DNA of 64,000 nt. Source: Pelagomonas calceolata (Eukaryota). Position 1 is the stretch's first letter, and every line of letters starts with the position of its first letter. The notes under the pieces are model-generated. The model ran no database searches. It was not told where the DNA came from and saw only the letters and a list, made by a program, of their open reading frames with translations. The stretch lies in the NCBI GenBank assembly GCA_918797485.1, contig CAKKNE010000005.1, forward strand, positions 1,984,001 through 2,048,000, read 5' to 3'. Position numbers and translations under genes: made by a program. Shown in pieces: positions 21,305 through 30,796 of this stretch.

Positions 21305-22198
21305 TTACTTACGCCGACGCTTCGCCCTTACCAAAGGCGTCGGCTCCCTTTGTCTTGTCCCGGTCCGCGGCCGCAGTCTCAATGAAGAGAGGTTGCGGTC
21401 CCGCCGTAGCGTCGCCGCCGTCCGCGCTCTACGGTCACCTCCAAAGATGCTTTGAGCGTGCAGCGGCACGCGCGCCGGCTCCCTCCTAGCTCTTTGAAAG
21501 TGCTGCGCCCGGGCCTCGGCGGCGTCCTCCTCAGAAGGTTGTACCAGCTCGACCGCCAAGCCTAGACCCCGCGCCTTCGCCTCATCTACTGAAGCCTCCT
21601 TTCTTTTGGAGCGGTGGCGCCTTCGTAACAACGCATTGGCTCCGTAGTCGTCGTCCGCTCTATCAGAACGGTCGCGCACCCGCTGCAACGCCGCCGCGCG
21701 CTCCCTAGCTCGCTCCCGGTCGTCCTGCTTCCTTTCTAGAGATTGCATCGGGTCCCGCCTCCTAGAAAGCTCTTTCGCCTGGTCGCGGTGGTCCAGTTCC
21801 CCCAGCGCTTTATGACCTTGCTCCTCATCACTAGAATACTCCTCGACCTTCCGCCGCAAATCACCTTCGAACACATAATCGGAATTCTTGGGATCCGTCC
21901 TCACGACGAACGCCCCGCCACATAAACCGGGGCAGCCCATCCCGAACTTCCATATTGTTGTTGAGTGGTACTTGCCATCAGCTTTCTTACTGGCATTAAA
22001 TCGGACGCCCTTCGCCACATGCCGACCACACTTCGTGCACCAGCCGTCGAAGGGCAGCTCGAAGCGGATCAGACCCTTCTGCTCGTACTGGTTGCGGCCC
22101 TTCGTGTGCCCGGTGTGTTGATTGAGTGATTCTTTTGAAGGGTCCCAGCCGGGGGGATAATAAAAATTGTCCGCGCGGGCGGCCGAGAGGGTGGACAT
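21305..22198 (-). CDS. YJU2B: Splicing factor YJU2B/CCDC130 (CWC16 family)
   Basis: Motifs ADNFYYPPGWDP, IRFELPFDGWCTKC, GVRFNASKK, VRTDPKNSDY. Confidence 0.9.
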   Translation of the reverse strand: MSTLSAARADNFYYPPGWDPSKESLNQHTGHTKGRNQYEQKGLIRFELPFDGWCTKCGRHVAKGVRFNASKKADGKYHSTTIWKFGMGCPGLCGGAFVVRTDPKNSDYVFEGDLRRKVEEYSSDEEQGHKALGELDHRDQAKELSRRRDPMQSLERKQDDRERARERAAALQRVRDRSDRADDDYGANALLRRRHRSKRKEASVDEAKARGLGLAVELVQPSEEDAAEARAQHFQRARREPARVPLHAQSIFGGDRRARTAATLRRDRNLSSLRLRPRTGTRQREPTPLVRAKRRRK

Positions 22199-22412
22199 GG
22201 TGCCTTAGCTTGTCCACGGGTGACGCGCTCGGCTGTAAACGTATGTTGCTTTGCCCTCAGGGTAGGAGTCGGGTGGTGTCTCTCTGACGCGTGCGTCACG
22301 CGGCGTCCCGTTACTGCGCGAGCCAGCGTATGCCAGCAGAGCTCTCAGCACGTAGCTGGGTCACGGGGGCGTATGCGCCGCGCGTCGGCCGCGGCTGAAT
22401 GAGCCTCTGCTT

Positions 22413-22452
22413 ATGGTACTACATGGTACTATATGGTACTATATGGTACTAC
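22413..22452. repeat. 10-bp tandem repeat (ATGGTACTAY) x4
   Basis: Sequence reads atggtactac atggtactat atggtactat atggtactac, in a divergent intergenic region. Confidence 0.9.
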
Positions 22453-22752
22453 CGGGTTTTTCGGGACGCGTCGCCGCCTCGCAAGTATACGTGGACGCGC
22501 TCCTCGCCCCGCGCCGCCCGGCGCTAGACAGCCACTTTTTGCTCTCCCGCCTCTCGGCGCTACTCTGCAAAGCGCGCCCTGGCACGCCGCGCGAGCCTAA
22601 GGGGGTCGGGGACGCGCCGTAGGGAGGCACGGGTCCCCGCCGAGACCGCACGTCGTCGTGAAGGGCAGCCCTTGACCTAACGCTGCGGAGGGGCTGCACC
22701 CTCTGGGAGCCAGCTAGAACCAGAGCGGGAGCGCGCGGCGACTGCGGCCACC

Positions 22753-25700
22753 ATGGTCTCCGAGAGCAAAAAGCCCACGACCCACGACAGCCATGAAAAG
22801 CAACTAGACACCAAAATCCTGCGGAGCGTCGTATTGCAGATGCACGAGGCCTTCCCGAAGATTTGTATAGCCTGGAACGTCAAGGGGAGCATGAACAAGA
22901 ACTGGAAGATGCTCTTCGAAAGGCTGGACACGGACGGGAGTGGTCGCTTGGACTACAACGAATTCACCGGAGCCTTGGCCGATGTTCTTAAAATAGACGT
23001 ACCGGAGGACCATCTCAAAGCGCTGTGGGCCTACGTCGACCACGATAAGAGCGAACTTGTAAGCATAGAGGAGTTCCAGCACGCCTGCTATCTTTTGCTA
23101 TTAGAGGACTGGCCTATACTAAGTGAAGAAAGACTCGAACAAATATGTATCATTATCAATGATGCGGCGGTCCACGAATTCTCGAAAGAAGGGTCCGGCG
23201 TGACGTCGGGCAACTGGTTCCAGATTTTTAATAAATTTGACACGGATGAGAGTGGGAGGTTGGGCTTCGAGGAGCTCGAGGGCGTGACGCGCATGCGGGA
23301 TCCGGGTTTGAACCTAAGAGAATCAGACTTATCAACCCACGACCTGAAAGGCCTCTGGAAAGCGATAGATAAAGACTGTAGTGGAGATGTGACAGTAGAT
23401 GAATACATGCATTTCATGAGAGCTAGAGGACCGCAGATGCACGAGCTTACCGACTACTCGAAGAAGATGCGTGGGTTATCACTAGGTAATGAAATTAAAG
23501 TATTGCCGGATTTAGATGACGAAGCAAGGGAGGCCGCCGAAGCTTTACCTGTCTCGGCACTCAGGGAAGTGGTCTTACAGATGCACGAGGCCTTCCCCAA
23601 AATTTGCCTGGCCTGGAACGTGCGCAATAGTATGCGGGGCAACTGGCAGATGTTGTTCGAGAGGTTAGACACGGATGGGAGCGGCATGCTCCACTACGGC
23701 GAGTTCCAGGACGCCATTCGGGAAGTACTGTCCCTAGACGTGGCCGAGGATAAAGTGTGGGGCCTCTGGTGCTACGTCGACAAAGATCGCTCGACACAAG
23801 TCACGATCGGCGAGTTCCAGTCCGCACTCTATCTCTTGTTACTGGATGCGTGGCCTTCACTAGAGACGGAACACTTGAATAGGTTATGTGAAATAATTAA
23901 CGACGCGGCGGTGCATGAATTCAGCAAAGAATCTATAGCCGTATCTAGTGGCAACTGGTTCCAGATCTTTAATAAATTTGATACCGATGAGTCCGGTAGA
24001 CTCGGATGGGAAGAACTAGAAGGCGTCACGCGCATGCGGGACCCTGGATTAAATCTGAGAGAAGAAGATCTCAGTACACATGACCTGAAGGGCCTCTGGA
24101 AGGCCATGGACGCCGATTCTGATGGAAATATCACGGTCGACGAGTTCATGCACTTTATGAAAAAATTCTATGATCCTATGTTAGCGTATACGGGTCCTCG
24201 ACACCGGGAACTCGATGACGAGCAAAAAGCGACAGGCAAAGCCATGACCGAGGAACAATTAAGGCCATTAGTACTAGAAATGCACGACCAATTCGACCGG
24301 ATCTGTTTTGCCTGGGACCTGCGGAACGCGATGAATAAAAATTGGGCGATGCTGTTTGAGCGGCTGGATCTGGACGGTTCGGGCCGATTGGACTTCGACG
24401 AGTTTGCTGCTGCTGTTAATGACGTCCTGAAGTGCCCTTTTGATGATGTACAGTTGTATGGCTTGTGGTGCTTTATCGATACTGATGAGTCCGGTGAGGT
24501 CACTATCAAAGAATTTCAGTCGAGGTTATATATTTTGGTATTGTCCGGATGGCCCATCCTGAAAAAGAAACATATGAAGCGGTTATGTACGAAGATTAAC
24601 GATGCCGCAGTACATGAATTTAGTAAAGACGGTTCTGGTATTACAGAAGGCAACTGGTTCGCGATCTTCAACAAATTCGACACGGACGAGTCGGGTAGAC
24701 TGGGCTTTGAGGAGCTCGAGGGTGTCACGAGGATGAGGGATCCCGGGCTCAATCTCAAGGAGAAGGACATGTCGCAAGACGAGCTCAAAGGTTTGTGGCG
24801 AGCCATCGACGAAGACTCGTCCGGGGACGTCACGGTCGACGAGTTCATGCACTTCATGAAGGTCCACGGGCCGCGATTCGATGGGCAGTTCATCGCACAG
24901 AAAAATATCTCTCATGAGGAGTTCATGCGCAAGACGTCTGAAATGCGCAAGTCCCAGGAGGAGAAGGAGCTCAGAGAAGCTAGGAAGCGGCTCATGAGCG
25001 CGGAACGGCGCCGCAAGAAGCGGGAAGAGAAACATCTGGAAAACGTCGCAAAGTTAAAAAAGTTGCGGGAACTCGATTTTCGAGAAAAGAACTCCCCGGC
25101 CTACAAGAAACGACGTAAGAGGCAGGTCGGGCAGTTGACCAAACTGTCGAAATCTCCACTACTCGCTGGGTGTGAAGATATTATCCCGCACTTACTCAAG
25201 CCGGGCGCGAACATCCCCATGCCGTTATCTGTCACTGGTGGAAGGAATAGAATACTGGCATTGAAAGCTAAAAGGCTGGAGGAGGCGCAGAAACGGGCCG
25301 CGGCTCTCGCGTTAGCTCGGAAGGAAGGTAGCAAGCGAGCCGTGAAATTTGGAGCGGGCGTCGCGTCGGCCTTCGGGGCTGCGGGTGCGGAGCGGGCGGA
25401 GAAGCGGGCCATCGCGGAATCGAATGCCCGCAAGAGCGCCTCGAAGAAGAAGCTCCTGGCGCAGGCCGGCACTTCTGGCAGTTTCCGCAAGGCGGGCGCG
25501 GCGCGCGCGGAGGCTCGCGCAATCGCGGAAGCCGAGGAGGCCGAGCGTTTGGCAAGAGAGGCGGAAGTGCCGCAATCGCCGGCGCGGCCCTACGAATGCT
25601 GGTGCGCGCCGGCGCCGGCGCCGTACGCGGCGCCCGCGCCGGCGCCTTTCGAGGCCGAGGCCGAGGCCTACTCCGAGGAGGAGGAGTTGGCGTTTGAGGA

Positions 25701-25860
25701 CGAGCCGCTCGCCGGCGAGTCGGTCTACGAGCCCGACGACGACGCCGTCGCCAGCGACGGCGACGAGGAGGCCGTCGCCAGCGACGCCGACGAGCCGGCC
25801 GAGGAGGAGCTCGGCGAGGAGCTCATGGAGGAGGAGGTCGTCGACGAGGAGGACGGGTAA
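22753..25860 (+). CDS. Multi-EF-hand Ca2+-binding protein (three ~240-aa repeats, about 12 EF-hands) with coiled-coil and acidic tail
   Basis: Three copies of LFERLDxDGSG..., DxDxSxxVTI, FNKFDTDESGRLG and DxDxxGxxTVDE loops. Confidence 0.9.
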   Translation: MVSESKKPTTHDSHEKQLDTKILRSVVLQMHEAFPKICIAWNVKGSMNKNWKMLFERLDTDGSGRLDYNEFTGALADVLKIDVPEDHLKALWAYVDHDKSELVSIEEFQHACYLLLLEDWPILSEERLEQICIIINDAAVHEFSKEGSGVTSGNWFQIFNKFDTDESGRLGFEELEGVTRMRDPGLNLRESDLSTHDLKGLWKAIDKDCSGDVTVDEYMHFMRARGPQMHELTDYSKKMRGLSLGNEIKVLPDLDDEAREAAEALPVSALREVVLQMHEAFPKICLAWNVRNSMRGNWQMLFERLDTDGSGMLHYGEFQDAIREVLSLDVAEDKVWGLWCYVDKDRSTQVTIGEFQSALYLLLLDAWPSLETEHLNRLCEIINDAAVHEFSKESIAVSSGNWFQIFNKFDTDESGRLGWEELEGVTRMRDPGLNLREEDLSTHDLKGLWKAMDADSDGNITVDEFMHFMKKFYDPMLAYTGPRHRELDDEQKATGKAMTEEQLRPLVLEMHDQFDRICFAWDLRNAMNKNWAMLFERLDLDGSGRLDFDEFAAAVNDVLKCPFDDVQLYGLWCFIDTDESGEVTIKEFQSRLYILVLSGWPILKKKHMKRLCTKINDAAVHEFSKDGSGITEGNWFAIFNKFDTDESGRLGFEELEGVTRMRDPGLNLKEKDMSQDELKGLWRAIDEDSSGDVTVDEFMHFMKVHGPRFDGQFIAQKNISHEEFMRKTSEMRKSQEEKELREARKRLMSAERRRKKREEKHLENVAKLKKLRELDFREKNSPAYKKRRKRQVGQLTKLSKSPLLAGCEDIIPHLLKPGANIPMPLSVTGGRNRILALKAKRLEEAQKRAAALALARKEGSKRAVKFGAGVASAFGAAGAERAEKRAIAESNARKSASKKKLLAQAGTSGSFRKAGAARAEARAIAEAEEAERLAREAEVPQSPARPYECWCAPAPAPYAAPAPAPFEAEAEAYSEEEELAFEDEPLAGESVYEPDDDAVASDGDEEAVASDADEPAEEELGEELMEEEVVDEEDG

Positions 25861-26202
25861 GTAGATTCTATAGAAAAACTTTCTCTCGCCGAGTCTCGAC
25901 GGGATATGTTAGCCCGGCCAGCTGAGAGGCCAGGGGCGCGCACGCGACGGCGTCACGGTAGTGCTTTCGCGTCCTCCGCCCCCGTGGCTAGGTTAAGGCT
26001 CCGCTACTTATCCGTGTCGTCGCCGGCTCTGCGTCGCCCCTTAGTAAATAAATAATAATGCTTACAAATAGCTCTGCGTCGCGCCTCGCGGCGCCCGCGG
26101 GGGTTGCCACCCGCCTGCTCGCATTACACCCAGCGAAAGTGCCGCCGCACTTCCCTTTGTGTTTCCTCTGCTCTCCCTCGCCCGTTCCCGCGCCGTCGAC
26201 CA

Positions 26203-27504
26203 CTACCAAAGATCGATGCACTCCTTGATGTTCTCGAACAAGGCCGCGTCGAACAAGCCCTCGGCGTGCATCTTCTGGACGAACGCGTCGGTCTGCTTCA
26301 TGAACTTCAAGCACGACTCCCGCACCTCGGGCGACGGGTGGCGCATGTTGGACACGCCGGAACACGGGGGCGTCGCGTCGCAGTACACGAAGACGTCCTC
26401 GCGCTCCAGGCCACGGCTTTCCAAAGCGTCCTCCAGGGTCTTCTTCATATCGGCGGCCAGCTCCGCCCACGTGCAGTCGACGGCGTGCCAGACCTCGCCC
26501 TGGTCGTCGCCGATGTCCATGACGTAGCCGTCGCCCGCCTCGCCCAGGACGACGGCCTTGAATTCCTGGACCTCGCCCTCACCGCGCAGCTCCGTCCGCG
26601 CGTTATGGAACGCCTCGCAGGTCCGGCACGCCTCGTAGGTTTTTGCCTTGAGCAACATCGGACCGGCCACGGCGCGCGCGGCTTCGGCGCCGGCGTTGAG
26701 CGCCGCGCCGCAGATGGAGAATTCGACGACCCACTTGCCCTCGGCGCGGTGCTCCTTCATGGCCGCCCGCAGGAACCGGCACGCCGACCGAAAGGGAAAG
26801 GCCCGGTTGATGAAGCGGCAGGGCCGCGTGTCTTTTTTGCGACGCTTAAAGGCCCCTCCCTTTCGGATGACCTCAAAGGCCTCGAGATTGTCTTTCTCGT
26901 CGAAAGACATGAGGCCCAGGCCTATGTCCAGGAGGGTCCCGGTGTTCTTGCGCTTGGCGCCGCGGCGCGCGACGTACGGCCTTCCGTTACTTCTGTACGC
27001 CGTCGCCGGTTGGTCCAGCGTGCGCATGGCCTTAATCCTATAATCGGAATAGGTGCCGATAACCTCGAAACCGTCGACGAGCTTGTCCTTGTACACGCGG
27101 CGTTGGGTCGCTTGCCTTCGGTCCGGAGCCGGCATCTTACAGCCCCACACCTTGATGGCGCGCGTGCGGTCGGACGGGCATTCGTAGTAGGTAAGCTCCA
27201 CTTCTATGGGGCGTCGCGACCGGCGGGTCCGCTTCGTCGGCGTCGTCTTCTTCTTCCAGCGTGGCGTCCTCGGCTTCGTCTTCGTCTTCGTCTGTGGAAC
27301 GTAAGGTTCATCAGAGTCATCAGTTGTCTCGTCCGCGTCCTCGTCCGAGTAAACGTAGACGACCTTTCGGCGTGGACGCAGGTCGTGGTGCGAGGCCGGC
27401 TTGCGCGGACGCAGCTTAGCCAGCATGTCGCCCCGGCCCTCCGTCGCTTGCCTCGCGTCGCGGAGCTTCTTGGACTTTTTTGCACAACTAATAGTTCTAC
27501 CCAT
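26203..27504 (-). CDS. Basic N-terminus plus truncated, divergent C5 cytosine DNA methyltransferase-like domain
   Basis: VVEFSICGAALNAG (motif I-like), CDATPPCSGVS (motif IV, catalytic PC) and LFENI (motif VI) occur in the correct order. The ORF stops 7 codons after ENI. Confidence 0.5.
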   Translation of the reverse strand: MGRTISCAKKSKKLRDARQATEGRGDMLAKLRPRKPASHHDLRPRRKVVYVYSDEDADETTDDSDEPYVPQTKTKTKPRTPRWKKKTTPTKRTRRSRRPIEVELTYYECPSDRTRAIKVWGCKMPAPDRRQATQRRVYKDKLVDGFEVIGTYSDYRIKAMRTLDQPATAYRSNGRPYVARRGAKRKNTGTLLDIGLGLMSFDEKDNLEAFEVIRKGGAFKRRKKDTRPCRFINRAFPFRSACRFLRAAMKEHRAEGKWVVEFSICGAALNAGAEAARAVAGPMLLKAKTYEACRTCEAFHNARTELRGEGEVQEFKAVVLGEAGDGYVMDIGDDQGEVWHAVDCTWAELAADMKKTLEDALESRGLEREDVFVYCDATPPCSGVSNMRHPSPEVRESCLKFMKQTDAFVQKMHAEGLFDAALFENIKECIDLW

Positions 27505-27970
27505 CGTTGCGCTTCCTTTGGTGCAGCGGCGGCGTGTGGCGGTGTTAGTTGTTTCTGGCGTCCAGCTCAGGATGAAGGGGCAGCCTCTCTGGGGCGGCCT
27601 CTCTCCAAGCTGTCTCTCAGTGGAACAGAGGCATCTCAGTGGCACCCGCACGTGCGCCCGGAAGCTATGGGCAAACATATATATAACACAGGGGCGGCCG
27701 GAGTCGATCACGTGCGCGTGGCTTCGGCGGCGGGCTCGTCATGGCCCCGCGGCCCGGCGGTCGGGCAATTCCAGTTTCATACGTCACTCCCCTTCTCGCC
27801 CGCGACCAGGCCTGCGGTAGACCCCCGAGTCGTCCTGGACTACGCTCCGAGAGCTCGCGCTTCACCCCCCCAGCCCGCCCGTTGAGACTCCGTTTGGCTG
27901 CGAAGCTTGCGCGCTAGACGCCGGCGACGCGCGAGGGGCAGCCTGCGTCGCACACGACCCATCAGACACG

Positions 27971-28795
27971 ATGCCAGCCACGCACCTGCGGCGCTGCTAC
28001 GGCTGGCACGGCCGCGGCGAGCGCCCAGAAAAACCTACGAAGCCAGCCCCGGAGGAGGACGAGAAGCCCTGTGCGCTCGACGCCCGGGCCATCTTTAGAG
28101 CAAGACGCAACCCGCCGATCCGCCACTGGCTCTCGCACGCGAGCTGGCGCCACGTCGAGAAGAGGAGGAGAAGGCGGTCGCCGGTTAAGGTGGAGGAGCC
28201 CGCCAAAAAGGCGCCCGCGAAGAGACGTAGGAGACGGTCGACGAAGCCCATCATTGACGTCGAGGCGCCGCCCAGGGACGCGGACCGGTGCTGGCCCGAC
28301 GAGGCGAGCCCGCGCTGGGCGCGGCGGCGCGGCGCGGCCAAGACCGAGGGCCTGAACAGCCGCCACTGGCGCCGCGAGAAAGGTATACAAACGAAGGCGC
28401 GGCGCGCCGCCGAGGCGGCGATGCGCAAGGACGCGCCGCGTAGACCGCCCGTTTCGATAGATGCGGTCCGCGGCCACTTCCTTCTCCGATGGTACCTGGA
28501 TCGCATTCTTAATTACGTGGCGCGGCGCAAGTGGCGCCGCCTGAAGAAGGAGGAGCGCGAGGTTTTAAAAGAGCGGGCCGCGGAGGCGAGCCGCTTCGAC
28601 GAGGACGCGAAGCGCCAGGCGCGGGCTGCGCGGGCGCAGCGCCGGTGGCGCGAGCTGTCCTGGCGCCACGTGAACCGCGTGGAGGGCCTCGGGGGCTCTC
28701 CTGTGGAGTCGCGGCGGCGCCGCGCGGCCGAGCGGAAATTTGAAGGGAGGCGGTGGGATCGGCTGGAACTGGGTTGGGACGCGACGCTTGAGTAA
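27971..28795 (+). CDS. Hypothetical highly basic protein
   Basis: 274-aa ATG ORF, R/K/W-rich, GC3-biased. Confidence 0.5.
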   Translation: MPATHLRRCYGWHGRGERPEKPTKPAPEEDEKPCALDARAIFRARRNPPIRHWLSHASWRHVEKRRRRRSPVKVEEPAKKAPAKRRRRRSTKPIIDVEAPPRDADRCWPDEASPRWARRRGAAKTEGLNSRHWRREKGIQTKARRAAEAAMRKDAPRRPPVSIDAVRGHFLLRWYLDRILNYVARRKWRRLKKEEREVLKERAAEASRFDEDAKRQARAARAQRRWRELSWRHVNRVEGLGGSPVESRRRRAAERKFEGRRWDRLELGWDATLE

Positions 28796-28851
28796 ACGTC
28801 CCCTACGTTTGACGTCGAGGCCGCGTCGATGGCGCATCGCGTCGGTTTCTG

Positions 28852-28872
28852 CTAGTGTCTTACGACGCTAGC
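28852..28872 (+). promoter_or_regulatory. Representative copy of the recurrent upstream motif CTAGTGTCTTAC-Nn-CGCTAGC
   Basis: CTAGTGTCTTACGACGCTAGC about 140 bp before the PEX4 ATG. Ten further copies are listed in the findings. Confidence 0.65.
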
Positions 28873-29010
28873 ACACGCTGGGTGCGGCATTTTTGACGTC
28901 GTCGAGCTAGGGATCCCCGGCCGACGGCGCGGGGTCGCTGCGGCATTTTTCACAGCTCTGCGCAATACTACACGGCCTCCCACGCCATCGACGCAGCCGA
29001 CGAGAAGAAG

Positions 29011-29580
29011 ATGTTCAAGCGCCTGCGCAAGGAGGCCGCCGACGCCCAGCGCTCGACGGAGCCGGACTTAGTGCTGGCACCGCAGCAGGACAACTTACAG
29101 TCTTGGAGGGCGTGGGTCGCCGGCCCCACGGATACGCCTTTTGAAGGAGGCGTCTTCGAGCTCGAATTAAATATAGGTGTGCGCTACCCGCTCGCGCCGC
29201 CTGTCGTAAGAGTGACGACGCCGCTCTTCCACCCGAATATTCACGATAGGACGGGCGAGGTCTGTTTGGACATTCTGAAGGAGGCCTGGAGCCCGGCCTG
29301 GACTTTAGTGAGCGTGGTGCGGGCCGTGCGCGCGTTGCTGGCGGCGCCGAACGCCGACTCACCGCTCAATTGCGACGCCGGCAATCTGCTGAGGGCCGGC
29401 GACGTCGACGGCTTCGCGCGTATTGCGAGGCGCATGGTCGCGGAGCACGCGTCGAAGCCCATGCCCTCGCGGAGGGACCTCTTTCCCTCGTCTTCCGATG
29501 TTCCGAAGGAGTCGTCGTCCTGTACCACTATTACCATTGTGGTAGTAGCAGTCGGGGTACTGTTAATGCTATGTTCTTAG
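29011..29580 (+). CDS. PEX4: Ubiquitin-conjugating enzyme E2, PEX4/UBC21-like, with C-terminal hydrophobic tail
   Basis: FHPNIHDRTGEVCLDILKEAWSPAWTL and DSPLNCDAGNLLRAGD resemble plant PEX4/UBC21. Tail is TITIVVVAVGVLLMLCS. Confidence 0.8.
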   Translation: MFKRLRKEAADAQRSTEPDLVLAPQQDNLQSWRAWVAGPTDTPFEGGVFELELNIGVRYPLAPPVVRVTTPLFHPNIHDRTGEVCLDILKEAWSPAWTLVSVVRAVRALLAAPNADSPLNCDAGNLLRAGDVDGFARIARRMVAEHASKPMPSRRDLFPSSSDVPKESSSCTTITIVVVAVGVLLMLCS

Positions 29581-30360
29581 GGGCTTCAGGCCTAATTTGG
29601 CTCTCAGAGCATTCGTCGCCTCGATGTCCAGGTCGTGGCCGTCCGCGACCCGATCCTCGTCCTGCGCCGGTGCTGCTTCCTCCTCGCGCCGCCTTTTCTT
29701 AGAAGAACCACCCTTCATTTTCAGCCGCCCGACGATCGCCTCCTCTTGGACCACTTCTTCCTCCTCTTCAGAAACTTCCTCGTCACCGTCCAAGCCCGCG
29801 GCAGAGTTCACCCGAGGACCGAGCTGCCCTGCTTTCTCCAAATGCCATCGTTTCGGCAAGTGTGGTAACGCAATGTCGCACGCGTAGTCCTCGGTCAGCA
29901 ATTCATCAATAAATTGATCTAAATGAGTGATGTGCCACCCTTCGAACGTCCGCACTCGCAGCTTCGAGTAGTCCGTATACAACGGTTCCAAATAGCGATA
30001 AATGTCCGCCGGCCGGCCGACGCAGCGCAGGTACAACGCACCCAATGCTCGTACATATTTGTAGTCCTCATTGGTCACAAACTCGACGACGATCTCCAAA
30101 TCGGGCTGGATCTGCAGCATCTTCAGGAGTAAGCACATGAATTTGGTCGGTTTTCTCGTGCCGCCGTACGTGCCTCCCACATGGGATAACTCAATAGCTC
30201 GATCCACCAACGTCTCCGCGGTCAGGCCAAAACAACTTTCCTTCCAGTACTGCGTCGCGTAGACTTTCGTCCTCAAAATTTTCTCAACTATTCTCTGCGG
30301 GTTCGTGCCGTGGACGTTCTCGGACGTGACGTCGGTCGTGTTCGCGGTGGGGCCGCCCAT
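29569..30360 (-). CDS. PRP38: Pre-mRNA splicing factor 38A
   Basis: Motifs VHGTNPQRIVEKILR, YWKESCFGLTAETLVD, LKMLQIQP, KYVRALGALYLR. C-terminal IEATNALRAKLGLKPL. Confidence 0.95.
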   Translation of the reverse strand: MGGPTANTTDVTSENVHGTNPQRIVEKILRTKVYATQYWKESCFGLTAETLVDRAIELSHVGGTYGGTRKPTKFMCLLLKMLQIQPDLEIVVEFVTNEDYKYVRALGALYLRCVGRPADIYRYLEPLYTDYSKLRVRTFEGWHITHLDQFIDELLTEDYACDIALPHLPKRWHLEKAGQLGPRVNSAAGLDGDEEVSEEEEEVVQEEAIVGRLKMKGGSSKKRRREEEAAPAQDEDRVADGHDLDIEATNALRAKLGLKPLRT

Positions 30361-30796
30361 GCTGTTGCTGTGCTGCTTGGCTTTGTTTCGGGCCCCGGCG
30401 GAGCGCGGCGAGGCGCTGCGGCGGTAGCGCGTCTGCAGCGGTGGCTGTGAACGAGCTACAGCGTGCAGCTATACGCGGCTCGGCGTACGGTAGCAATATT
30501 ATTGCCAAGAGTCGGCTGCTGCTAGTGTCCATCGACGCTAGCACGCAATTTTGAGGCGGATTCACGGTTTTTGAGCTCGTAAGGGTGCCGGCTACCAAAT
30601 TCTGGTCGCGCAAGGCATTGCTGCCACTTAGAAGTTGTCACTCATCGCGTCGAGTGAGCTGCAGGCACTCTCGGCACGCGTCTGCAGCCAAAACCGCCCC
30701 ACAAGGCGCACGCGCTCGTTTACACTCGTCGCGCGGCTACGAGTGCTACGCGGCTGCCGCCCTTTTTCTTGCACCCGAGAGGGCCGCGACCCAGCA

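Noticed and set aside
26104..27885. 593-aa + strand ORF, and similar long antisense ORFs (e.g. 48532..49584, 14228..15295, 9066..10100)
   Set aside because: These are shadow frames of GC3-rich genes on the opposite strand, with no domain signal.
28792..28996. Intron fusing the 27971 ORF to PEX4
   Set aside because: The GTAAAC donor is phase 2 while the CAG acceptor requires phase 1, so the fusion would be out of frame.
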